In this document: piece after piece, positions 1 to 8,375 of the stretch | How positions within the stretch are numbered: the stretch's first letter is position 1 | Layout: every line of letters starts with the position of its first letter | Assembly (NCBI GenBank): GCA_041601615.1 | Contig: JBFIHX010000007.1 | Location: 93,468 to 157,467 of the forward strand | DNA: 64,000 nucleotides | Source of the DNA: Thermoplasmatota archaeon | GTDB taxonomy: Archaea > Thermoplasmatota > E2 > JACPAO01 > JAHFTW01 | Reading direction: 5' to 3' | Notes under the pieces: model-generated | Told to the model about the DNA's origin: nothing | The model's database searches: none | What the model saw: only the letters and a program-made list of their open reading frames with translations | Program-made: the position numbers and the translations under genes

Positions 1-1
1 G

Positions 2-1174
2 GCCGGTGAAGTCAATCTCAACATCCACAAGGCAGGCCACGCCCAACGCCACGACAACGTCGCGGTCAAAGACGGCCAGACCCTGAACCTCGACGTGAAA
101 CTGCTGAAGTTCCCCGAGAAAACCGCCCACATCGAAGGCCGCATCATCGGCAGCGACGGCAAGGCTCTGCGCTACGTCTCCCTGAACCTCTGGAGCCCTG
201 CCTACGGCATTCGCGAATGCAGCATCCAAGCGGAAGACGCCCAAAGCAAGCAAAGCGGAACCGGCAACAGTAGTAGCAGCGGCGGCAGCGGAAGCACCGG
301 CAGCAGCACCGAACCGGCCATCGCCTACCCCGAACCATACCCCTACTACGACCCCGGCTGCGTCATCACCATGTACGCCGACGGCACCTTCAATGGCGAT
401 GTGACCCCCGGCTACACCATCCTCGAAGCCTGGCACGACCACTGGCGCACCTGCAACGAAACCAGCAGCAGCGACGGCAGCTTGAGCCGCACCTGCGGCC
501 CCGAGTACCTCGGATACTCCCGCACACTCGACCTGCAAGCAGACCAAACCACCAAGATCGTCGTGCAGCTGGTTGCCCGCCCCGCCCCCGACGCCCGCGT
601 CAGTGGCTACGTCGTCGACAAGGACACCAAGACGGCCATCCCCGGCGTCCAAGTGCAATTCAGCAACGAAGAAAACTACGGCTGGGGCAACGCCGGCACC
701 GACAAGGACGGCAGCTACAACGTCAAACTGCGCAACGGCTACCACCGAGTCCACGTCTGGGCCGAAGGCTACCTCCCCTGGCAAGGCACCCTGTTTGTCC
801 CCGCCAAAGGCAACATCGACCTCGACATCGTGCTAACCCCCGGCCAAGAAACCTACGGATACTGCTGCTACGCCTACGACGACATGGCCTACGCCGAATC
901 CAGCGACGGATCCGTCAAAGCCTCCTCCTCGCCCCGGCCCGCAACGGCCCCGCCCATGGAGTCCAGCGCCGAAACATCTGAGTCCCGCAACACCAACAGC
1001 GGCGGCTCCGACGGCGAGACCGTGCAGGACCTCGGCGGCGGCCTCGGCCCCTACGACGCCAAGAAACGCGCAGCCCTGCAAGAGTCCAGCGACAACGGCG
1101 CTCCCGGCGCCGGCATCGCCCTGCTTGCCATGGCGCTGCTTGGTGCCCTGCTCATCGCCAGGCGACAACAGTAA
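2..1174 (+). CDS. Secreted carboxypeptidase-regulatory-like (beta-sandwich) repeat protein with PGF-CTERM-like tail; 5' end outside window
   Basis: The frame is open from base 2. It has repeated 'I.GRI..SDG' and 'VSGYVVDKDTKTAIPGVQV...TDKDGSY' modules. The C-terminus is APGAG + hydrophobic helix + RRQQ. Confidence 0.7.
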   Translation, partial: AGEVNLNIHKAGHAQRHDNVAVKDGQTLNLDVKLLKFPEKTAHIEGRIIGSDGKALRYVSLNLWSPAYGIRECSIQAEDAQSKQSGTGNSSSSGGSGSTGSSTEPAIAYPEPYPYYDPGCVITMYADGTFNGDVTPGYTILEAWHDHWRTCNETSSSDGSLSRTCGPEYLGYSRTLDLQADQTTKIVVQLVARPAPDARVSGYVVDKDTKTAIPGVQVQFSNEENYGWGNAGTDKDGSYNVKLRNGYHRVHVWAEGYLPWQGTLFVPAKGNIDLDIVLTPGQETYGYCCYAYDDMAYAESSDGSVKASSSPRPATAPPMESSAETSESRNTNSGGSDGETVQDLGGGLGPYDAKKRAALQESSDNGAPGAGIALLAMALLGALLIARRQQ

Positions 1175-1200
1175 GACCCCCCTTCTCCCATCTTATTCCC

Positions 1201-1677
1201 ATGGAGCTTTGGTTGCTTCGCCATGCCCACGCTCCATGGACCTCCTCCATTCCCGACGCCGAGCGCCCCCTTGACGCACTAGGCATGCAACAAGCAGACG
1301 AAACGGGAGCCTGGATGCGCCAACAACGCCTCCGCCCCGACCACATCCTCGTCAGTCCCGCCGTGCGCACGCGCCAAACAGCCGAGAGGGTTCTCGGCGC
1401 CCAGGCACAAAGATGCGTTGTCGATCCTCGACTCTACGAAGCACGACTCGACGACCTGCTTCGCGCCCTACAAGACATCCCCGCTGACGCCCAGCGCGTC
1501 CTCCTCGTCGGCCACAACCCCGGCATGGAGCAACTGGTGCGATACCTTGCGCCTCGTTCCTCCACCGATGAACCGGAACTGGACGTCCAACCCTGCACCC
1601 TGGTCCGGCTCCGCATCCACGGATTCACCAACAACGGTGGCAAAATCTTAGAGATCCATCGAACCGGAACCCCGTGA
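1201..1677 (+). CDS. sixA: SixA-type histidine phosphatase
   Basis: Motifs LLRHA, RPL...G, SPAVRTRQTA, LYEA and LLVGHNPGME. Confidence 0.85.
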   Translation: MELWLLRHAHAPWTSSIPDAERPLDALGMQQADETGAWMRQQRLRPDHILVSPAVRTRQTAERVLGAQAQRCVVDPRLYEARLDDLLRALQDIPADAQRVLLVGHNPGMEQLVRYLAPRSSTDEPELDVQPCTLVRLRIHGFTNNGGKILEIHRTGTP

Positions 1678-2526
1678 CTCCGCCTCTCGAAGCGACGAAG
1701 CCACGCTGGCCAACGCACGAAGACCCGGCACCGTACGCGTTCCAAACCAAGTAAGCGCCTCACCGTCGATCACAAGCTTTCGCTCCTGCACCCCGGCCCG
1801 CCCGAGCCCCGCCGTATCGATTTGCTCCAATTTCTTGTCAAATGGATACGGCTCCGTAGGCAACAAAGTCCAAGCCGCACCCGACGCCGCGACCTCGGCC
1901 GCATCGACTTGGAAATACTTGGGTCCCTGATGGCGCCCAAATACATTGGCAAGCCCCACCGCCGCCAGCATCGCATGCGGATACGCCGAGCGGTCAAACG
2001 TCATCCAAGGATCATACCAAATCGGACAAAACACCGGCACCGCCAACTGATTGCGCGTCGGCCGCACCGCCTCCAGAGTCTCGCGAATCAACATGGCCGC
2101 CGCCAAGCCCGCATCCGGAACCCCACACCGAATCCCAAGCTCATCCAAAAACGTTGCAGCATCCTCCACCGAATCAATTTCTGAGTGCAAAACCTCCACG
2201 CCCGCCGCCCGCAGCGCCTCCACGAGCGCCAACGGATTCTCATCCTTGTCCACCACCACAAGATCAGGTTCAAGCGCCAAAATTTTCTCCAACTTGGCAT
2301 CCTTCGTGCCGCCCACAACAGGAATGGAATCGACCCAAGGAGCCGGCGCGATGCAAAACCGAGTCCGGCCCACGACGCGGTTGGCCAAACCCAAATCATG
2401 CAAGCTCTCCGTGTGGCTCGGAACCAGGGACACAATACGCTGCGGGGGCTGCACAAGGGCGCGGAGGCGCACGGGATGGAAACGGTTGCGTCCGGCAAAC
2501 GACCACACCCAACCCACCAATTTCAT
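1648..2526 (-). CDS. Helical-backbone metal receptor / BtuF-like cobalamin-binding family protein (true start probably near 2454)
   Basis: Motifs RIVSLVPSHTE.L..LG...VVGRTRFC, VGGTKD, LEPDLV..KDEN, EPYPF and IDGE..TWFG.R. Confidence 0.8.
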   Translation of the reverse strand: MKLVGWVWSFAGRNRFHPVRLRALVQPPQRIVSLVPSHTESLHDLGLANRVVGRTRFCIAPAPWVDSIPVVGGTKDAKLEKILALEPDLVVVDKDENPLALVEALRAAGVEVLHSEIDSVEDAATFLDELGIRCGVPDAGLAAAMLIRETLEAVRPTRNQLAVPVFCPIWYDPWMTFDRSAYPHAMLAAVGLANVFGRHQGPKYFQVDAAEVAASGAAWTLLPTEPYPFDKKLEQIDTAGLGRAGVQERKLVIDGEALTWFGTRTVPGLRALASVASSLREAESRGSGSMDL

Positions 2527-2619
2527 TCATCGACCCTGACCACAACCGTATTCACCCGCCGCCAAGTGGATTCCTTCGTGGATGGGCCCGGCGCCGACGC
2601 GGCACCCTCAAAACCCAGC

Positions 2620-3894
2620 ATGGGCAAGCGCATCGTCGAGCTCGTGCTCGGCAAACCCAAAACGGAACGCAAACCGCGCCCGCACCCCTTTGCCCACGAA
2701 TCAACAAGCGACGCCGAAAGCCACTACACGGCCAAACAAGTGCTCGCATTCTGGGGCGGCATCGCCACCCTCATCGCCGTCAGCAGCCTGCTTCTGGCCG
2801 ACCGCTTCAGCCCCCACTCAGCCGGCTGGTTCGGCGGCCACGGCGCAAGCGGCCCAAGCTTAGCCTGGGAATCCTGGACCCTCGTCCCCCTCTTTGCAGG
2901 ACTCACACTCCTCGGCTTCGGCTTCGTCCACCAACCCTGGGCCAAACGCCTCACCCTCGTCGGCTGGGTGCTGTTTGGAACCTACTGGGGCCTCACCGCC
3001 ACCGACCTCTTTGTCAAAGAAGACAGCGACTACGTCAACTTCGTCTTCGCCGTCGTCGGCGTCTACTTCTTCACCTACCTCGCCTACCACCAATGGCTGG
3101 ACCTCGCCCGCAAAAGCGACACCCACGCCCTGCACTTTCTCAACGTCACCGCATTCATCGCCGCAGGCACCTACTTTCTAATTGCCAAAATCACCTTCCT
3201 CCGCGTCTGGCTCATCCACATCGTCGGAAACCACACAAAATGGATGCTCGACCTCTTTGGCCAAGGCAGCAAACAAAACATCCAATTCATCGTAGACAAG
3301 ACCGACAGCCAAGGCCCTGTGACCTTCTTCTATCCGCAATACTACTGCGACTGGCAATACCGAGGCGACGCCGTGGGCCGATACTGCCTCGAAAACGGCC
3401 GCCTCTCCGAAAGCACCGTCGTAGCCAACTCCGGCTTCCTCGGCAACCTATGGACCTGGACCCCCGAAGTCGGCATCGAATATGTCGTACCCGTCAGCAT
3501 CATCCTCGCCTGCACCGCCATCCAAAGCATCATGCTCTTCGTCGGCCTCTTTGCCGGCACCAAAGCGAACTTCCAACGCAAACTCAAGGCGAGCCTCATC
3601 GTCGGCGCCATCATCTACGTCCTCAACCTCGTGCGCAACACCGGCATCATCTGGTTCTACGGCCAAGGCCACGCCAGTTTCTGGATGATGCACAACGCCA
3701 TCGGCAAAGGCGGCAGTCTGCTGGCCATGGTCGGCATCGCCTTCGCCGTCTTCAAGTGGTTCCCGGAGTTTTTCCACAGCCTCGTCTCCGTGCTCGACCT
3801 GCCCGACCGCGACGGCCCCATCGAACGCGCCCTCAAAGTCGGCCGGCGCCGACCAGAAGCCGCAGCACCCGTCAAGTTTGCCGGCGAAGACTAG
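2620..3894 (+). CDS. artA: Archaeosortase A
   Basis: Multi-TM protein with the Cys/Arg/His triad motifs IILACTAIQS, LNLVRN and MHNAIGKGGSL typical of ArtA. Start placed at ATG 2620; GTG 2566 is also possible. Confidence 0.85.
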   Translation: MGKRIVELVLGKPKTERKPRPHPFAHESTSDAESHYTAKQVLAFWGGIATLIAVSSLLLADRFSPHSAGWFGGHGASGPSLAWESWTLVPLFAGLTLLGFGFVHQPWAKRLTLVGWVLFGTYWGLTATDLFVKEDSDYVNFVFAVVGVYFFTYLAYHQWLDLARKSDTHALHFLNVTAFIAAGTYFLIAKITFLRVWLIHIVGNHTKWMLDLFGQGSKQNIQFIVDKTDSQGPVTFFYPQYYCDWQYRGDAVGRYCLENGRLSESTVVANSGFLGNLWTWTPEVGIEYVVPVSIILACTAIQSIMLFVGLFAGTKANFQRKLKASLIVGAIIYVLNLVRNTGIIWFYGQGHASFWMMHNAIGKGGSLLAMVGIAFAVFKWFPEFFHSLVSVLDLPDRDGPIERALKVGRRRPEAAAPVKFAGED

Positions 3895-3973
3895 ACGCGC
3901 CGCCCAGCGGCACGCGACACCACGCAACGCCTCGCGCCAGCACCCTTAGAAGACGCCCCGAAGTCGCCGCCCT

Positions 3974-4603
3974 GTGCTGAAGATCGCCCAAGGAGGCGCC
4001 AACTGGCTCGTCACCCCGCTCGGACTCGCCATCCTCATGGCCGGACTATCCAGCTACGCCGCCATCCTACTGCCCCTAAGCATGGTCCCCTTCAGCCTCG
4101 CGCTCGGCTTCTGGTACTTCTTTCGCGACCCCGACCGACGCATCGCCGAAGGCATCGCCTGCCCCGCCGACGGCAAAGTGGTCCGCATCGACACCATCGA
4201 AGACCCCGACCTCGGCACCGTCGACCGACTGAGCATTTTCATGCGCCCCAGCGACGTTCACGTCAACCGATTCCCCATCAACGGAAGCGTACGCAGCGTC
4301 GTCCACCGCCCCGGCGGCCACGTCCCCGCCTTCAACAAAGACAGCGACCGCAACGAACGCGTCACCACCTGGATGAAAACCGACCTCGGCGAGATCAAAA
4401 TCCACCAAATCGCCGGCGCCGTCGCACGCCGCATCGTCCCCTACAGCCGAAACGGCGACCACGTCAAGAAAGGCGAAAAACTGGGCCTCATCCGCCTCGG
4501 CAGCCGCTGCGACCTACTCGTGCCCACAGGAAGCGTCACCTGGACCGTGCAGCTCGGACAACGCGTATTCGCCGGCAGCACGACCGTGGGTGAAGTGGCG
4601 TGA
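3974..4603 (+). CDS. psd: Phosphatidylserine/archaetidylserine decarboxylase proenzyme
   Basis: Motifs FFRDPDR, PADGKV, SIFM..SDVHVNR, NER, QIAGAVARRI and the LGSR self-cleavage motif. Confidence 0.92.
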   Translation: MLKIAQGGANWLVTPLGLAILMAGLSSYAAILLPLSMVPFSLALGFWYFFRDPDRRIAEGIACPADGKVVRIDTIEDPDLGTVDRLSIFMRPSDVHVNRFPINGSVRSVVHRPGGHVPAFNKDSDRNERVTTWMKTDLGEIKIHQIAGAVARRIVPYSRNGDHVKKGEKLGLIRLGSRCDLLVPTGSVTWTVQLGQRVFAGSTTVGEVA

Positions 4604-5301
4604 ACGCAACCCCAGCCCTCTGGCGCGACGTACGCGTAGCCGACCTTGCCACCCTCCTCAACGCCCTGCTCGGCCTCACCGCCATCCTGTTTGCCGCCAC
4701 CGGCCGCCCCGTGCTCGCCGCCGAATTGGTCATGGCCGGCATCATCGTCGACGGCATCGACGGCGCCCTCGCCCGCATCGGCCTCGGCGGCGGCCCCCTC
4801 GGCGGCATCCTCGACACCCTCGCCGACGTCGTCACCTTCGGCGTCGCCCCCGCCGTCGTGCTCGTCACCGCCACCACCTTCCACCCCCTGCTTGCCACCG
4901 CCGCCGGCCTCTATCTCTGCGGCGTCCTCCTACGGCTAGCACGATTCGAAGCCATGCGCACCACCGGCCCATCCGACACCCGCCACTTCATGGGACTCAG
5001 CAGCCCCGGCGCCGGCCTCCTCGTCGTCACCGCCGTCCTCCTCGACGCCCACCCCTTCGCCACCGTCGCCGTCGCATTGCTTGCCACCACCCTCATGCTG
5101 ACCCGATTCCCCATGCCCAAGCTTCGCGGCAGCCTCGGCATCGTGGCGGTGCTGCTCATCCTGGCAGTCCTCGCGGGCCACGCTCGCACGTGGCAACCCT
5201 GGGCCGCCGCCCTCATGCTCGCCTTCCTAGCCGTGTATGTCCTAGCCGGACCCTTATACGTCAAGGCCCGCCTGCGCCGACCCTCCCCGGAGACTCCCTG
5301 A
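4600..5301 (+). CDS. pssA: CDP-alcohol phosphatidyltransferase (archaetidylserine synthase)
   Basis: DGIDGALAR...G..LDTLADVVTFGVAP signature, LRLARF and HFMGL. Overlaps psd by 4 bp. Confidence 0.9.
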   Translation: MNATPALWRDVRVADLATLLNALLGLTAILFAATGRPVLAAELVMAGIIVDGIDGALARIGLGGGPLGGILDTLADVVTFGVAPAVVLVTATTFHPLLATAAGLYLCGVLLRLARFEAMRTTGPSDTRHFMGLSSPGAGLLVVTAVLLDAHPFATVAVALLATTLMLTRFPMPKLRGSLGIVAVLLILAVLAGHARTWQPWAAALMLAFLAVYVLAGPLYVKARLRRPSPETP

Positions 5302-6113
5302 TGGCCCGCAAGCCCCAAAAAAAACAGAAGACCTCCATCCGCACCGCCGCCGGCACCGCCCAGCGGTCCTTTAGCGAACGACTCAAAGCACTCCGCGCCG
5401 ACCCATTGCGCGTCCTGCCCGACTGCCCCAACGGCGAACCCAAGGCCATCGCCAAAATCCACGCAGGCCTCGACAAAATCGTCACCGGCAAAGTCGGATT
5501 CCTCCTCAAGCGCGACAAAGGCATCGTCGGCGCCGTCCTCTCCAGCATCGAACTGGCCGACCAAGAAGCATTCCCGCGCCTCATCGACCACAAAGTCGGC
5601 GGCACACGACGCTTCTTCATCCAGCGCGGCCACGTGCCCCGCTCCTGCCTACTCGGTGTCCAGAACCACGACGACGCCCGCACACTCCTGATGGCCTACC
5701 GGCCGCTTGCCAAGTCCGACAAACTGCACTTCTTTGCCGACCCCGGCATCACCTGCACCGGCACCGACGCCCAACCCCCACAAGCCTGGATCGACGCCCT
5801 CGCAAACCGCGCCGGCTTCAAACTCGAAACCACGGCAGAAGGCTGGACCTGCGGCCACGAAGACAAAGGCCAGGTGCGACTCGGATTCGGCGACTTGCGC
5901 GGCATCCACATCTGCGGCGCCTGTGGCAAAAAAACCGGCAACCTGCACTCCCTGATTCGCACCTGCTACGCCGGGCCCAAAGAACGGCAACCCGTCGAAG
6001 TGTCCGTCGTCGTGGAAGGCGTGGAAGGCGCCGCCCACCCGGACAAAATCGCAGCCTACCGAGGCGGCGTCATCGACGAAAAGGCGCTCGTGGACAGTGT
6101 CACGCTCACCTAG
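5301..6113 (+). CDS. Conserved hypothetical protein with Cys/His cluster
   Basis: The ATG overlaps the pssA stop (TGATG). Codon usage is genome-typical. Contains WTCGH and ICGACG. Confidence 0.6.
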   Translation: MARKPQKKQKTSIRTAAGTAQRSFSERLKALRADPLRVLPDCPNGEPKAIAKIHAGLDKIVTGKVGFLLKRDKGIVGAVLSSIELADQEAFPRLIDHKVGGTRRFFIQRGHVPRSCLLGVQNHDDARTLLMAYRPLAKSDKLHFFADPGITCTGTDAQPPQAWIDALANRAGFKLETTAEGWTCGHEDKGQVRLGFGDLRGIHICGACGKKTGNLHSLIRTCYAGPKERQPVEVSVVVEGVEGAAHPDKIAAYRGGVIDEKALVDSVTLT

Positions 6114-6739
6114 AACCCAAGCCCGCCAAGGAAAAAGCCGACCTGCCCCGCTGCCTGCCGCTGCGCACCGCGCCAGAAATGGTCCGTGGGCACCGACGCG
6201 AACCGAGCGTCCGGGATGGCTTCGGCAAGATCCATGCCGTGCTGTACCGGAACGTCCACGTCCCGAAGGCCATGCAAAACGAGCGTCGGGCACGGGACGC
6301 GGGGAGCAAGTGCAATCGCTTCCTCGCTCGCTGGCAATTCCCGCATCTCCTTCAACACCGCGTTGGGCTCGAAGCCGTACTTCTTGCCAAACACCGCCCA
6401 CTGAGGCCGGAATTGCTTGTGCGCCTCCTCAGCGCGGCGGGCCCAACTGGCGACGGGCGACAAGAGAATCAGCGCGTCCACGGCGACATTGCCGAGGGCG
6501 ACCTGACGAAGCAGCAAATTCGCACCGAAGCTGTAGCCCAAACCGATGCGGGGGCCGGCTGGCAAGGATTCGGCCGTGGATTGGATGGCATCCTCGCAGG
6601 CAGAGAACAGGAAGGAACCCGGGCGAGATTCAAGGCCTGGGTACGGGACCAGGGCGCGGGAATGGTCTGGGAGAAGCGCCTCGGCAAGCACGTCCATGAA
6701 CGGGGAGGAGAAAGAGGGACATACGAGGGCGGAGGGCAC
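6110..6739 (-). CDS. Alpha/beta hydrolase
   Basis: GYSFG nucleophile elbow, PTLVLHGLRDVDVP and a C-terminal DHF. Confidence 0.8.
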   Translation of the reverse strand: MPSALVCPSFSSPFMDVLAEALLPDHSRALVPYPGLESRPGSFLFSACEDAIQSTAESLPAGPRIGLGYSFGANLLLRQVALGNVAVDALILLSPVASWARRAEEAHKQFRPQWAVFGKKYGFEPNAVLKEMRELPASEEAIALAPRVPCPTLVLHGLRDVDVPVQHGMDLAEAIPDARFASVPTDHFWRGAQRQAAGQVGFFLGGLGF

Positions 6740-6871
6740 GGATCAGGCCAGATTGGGGGCAGGGTTCAAGGTAGCGGAGGGGCGTCGCGGCAAAATGATG
6801 AGGCACCGAGCAAGAGGCGGGCATCCAGCTCGCGGCCGTTCTTGGTGGCTTGCCATGCTTCGTTGGCAAGC

Positions 6872-7270
6872 TTAGCGAAGTCGGACATGCGCCTTGCCTC
6901 CGTCCTTTGGCGGATTCACTCGATATCGATTCGCACCCAGTTTTTCGACGTAACCGGTCTCCATCCAGGAACGCCAACGGAGTCCAGCTAGGTCAGAAAG
7001 CTCAACATCGCGTTTTCTGCGAAGGGCTTGGATTTGGTTTTGCTCCAAATGGCGGCCAATCACGAGGGGGGCATCCGTGTCCGTGATGCAATAGACGCCA
7101 CGCGAGACGCGCTCAATGACGCCGGCTTGCTTGAGGCGATTCAAGGTGCTGTCGACATTGCGAATGCCCCAGACTTCCCTTGCCTCCGCCGCAGTGAACG
7201 GAGTCGTTCCGAATGCCCGACGCAAGGCTTCCGATTTCAGGCAAGCATCCACATATGGAAGGTTGTACAT
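6872..7270 (-). CDS. Winged-HTH protein resembling the AbiEi/type IV antitoxin N-terminal domain
   Basis: FT..EA......STLNRL...GVIERVSRGVY pattern. Confidence 0.6.
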   Translation of the reverse strand: MYNLPYVDACLKSEALRRAFGTTPFTAAEAREVWGIRNVDSTLNRLKQAGVIERVSRGVYCITDTDAPLVIGRHLEQNQIQALRRKRDVELSDLAGLRWRSWMETGYVEKLGANRYRVNPPKDGGKAHVRLR

Positions 7271-7364
7271 GAAGGTATCTTGGATTTGGGGGGGGGGGGA
7301 ATGCTCTGGCGGGGGTTCGGCTGCGAAGGCGGATTGCGGAGTTGGGCTGAGAGGAGGGTTGGTG

Positions 7365-7427
7365 TCTAAACGACTGAGGTAAGCCGCCTCGACCGGAGGG
7401 AGAGGCGGCTTGAGCGATTTGTTAGCA
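7365..7427 (-). mobile_element. Integron attC site (63 bp)
   Basis: Minus strand reads TGCTAAC-AAATC-GCTCAAGC-CGCCTC-loop-GAGGCG-GCTTACC-TCAGTC-GTTTAGA. This is R''/L''/L'/R' architecture with an extra base in L''. Confidence 0.85.
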
Positions 7428-7444
7428 CGAGCAGAACTACAACC

Positions 7445-7882
7445 CTATGCTGGCCTGAAGTCTTCGTAGATCTGGTCACTGAGGTCCAATCCAAGTCGCT
7501 TGTGCATGGGGCCGTAGGCCGTGTATCGTTCTGGGCGAACGTGCCGCAACTCATGGCCAGCATCTGTGACTACCCCCAATTGCTCAATGTTGGCATCCTT
7601 GTGGAGGTAAAATCGAACGCGGTCGGCTCCGTGCTTCGTCATCCAGGCCGCAAGCGGTGCCAGGTCATCGCGGGGGCAGACGATGACTGCCATGAACCAA
7701 GAGTCTGGAACGTGGGCGGGTAGGGCGTCAAGGAATTCGTGTTTCATCCAGCGGTCAATGTGTTGGACCTCGTCGGTTGCCATCTCCAGGCAATTTGGTT
7801 CCTGGCTGCTTACGATGAGGGCCAATGTGGAATGGGAATGGGCCGCAACGACGCGAGTCCAGTCCTCAAGGCGTCCTTTCAT
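7445..7882 (-). CDS. Hypothetical protein (integron cassette 2, gene 2)
   Basis: 145-aa ORF ending 17 bp before attC. Overlaps the upstream gene by 4 bp. Confidence 0.6.
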   Translation of the reverse strand: MKGRLEDWTRVVAAHSHSTLALIVSSQEPNCLEMATDEVQHIDRWMKHEFLDALPAHVPDSWFMAVIVCPRDDLAPLAAWMTKHGADRVRFYLHKDANIEQLGVVTDAGHELRHVRPERYTAYGPMHKRLGLDLSDQIYEDFRPA

Positions 7883-8253
7883 GCGTGAACAAGGCCGCGT
7901 TGGGTGGATTCGTGCCGGTATGCATCAGGAAGTATTTGCTGGCTGACGAGCAGGACTCTTGCGCCGAGGGCAGAGAGTTCAATTCTCTGCGTTTTCAAGT
8001 CAGGCATCAAGCCCAAGCGGATCAAGCCCTTCTGGTCGAGGGCACGAATTGCTTTCGTGACCGTGGCGGGGGCAGCGTCGCCTTGAATTTTTTTTGCCAA
8101 TTCTGGCCGACTAAGAGCGTGCCCCATGAGGGCCTCTAGGGCCTCAAGTTGCCGTCGTGCACCTCGGCCACGAATCTCCATGGCAAGCTGATACTCATGG
8201 TCCTGGTCAAACTCATCGGGCCACATAGTTACCCATGGGTAAGCATAGGACAT
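7879..8253 (-). CDS. Winged-HTH (MarR-like) protein (integron cassette 2, gene 1)
   Basis: LSRPELAKKI...ATVTKAIRALDQKGLIR...IELSALG. Confidence 0.65.
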   Translation of the reverse strand: MSYAYPWVTMWPDEFDQDHEYQLAMEIRGRGARRQLEALEALMGHALSRPELAKKIQGDAAPATVTKAIRALDQKGLIRLGLMPDLKTQRIELSALGARVLLVSQQILPDAYRHESTQRGLVHA

Positions 8254-8285
8254 AAGGGTGTCGGCAGACCCTGCACTTCCGCGCG

Positions 8286-8349
8286 TGCTAACGGTCGAGG
8301 TCAGCCGCTCCGAACGAAGTGAGGAGTCGGCTGGAGCGATTTGTTATCT
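8286..8349 (-). mobile_element. Integron attC site (64 bp)
   Basis: Minus strand reads AGATAAC-AAATC-GCTCCAGC-CGACTCC-loop-GGAGCG-GCTGACC-TCGACC-GTTAGCA. The extra C and A match the extrahelical G/T of the bottom strand. Confidence 0.88.
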
Positions 8350-8375
8350 TGCGCGGCTCGGCCTAACTAGGGCTT

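Noticed and set aside
2154-3980. Long Arg/Pro-rich alternative-frame and antisense ORFs (here and throughout, e.g. 27722-29353)
   Set aside because: These are shadow ORFs of GC-rich genes with no motifs.
6740-6872. Third attC after the AbiEi-like gene
   Set aside because: No RYYYAAC...GTTRRRY palindrome was found.
7365-8349. CRISPR repeats or terminators
   Set aside because: There are only two dissimilar ~64-bp elements separated by genes, and their architecture fits attC.
8361-8372. Extra GTTAGGC core site just after the SIR2 stop
   Set aside because: No partner box or hairpin; a 7-mer is expected by chance.
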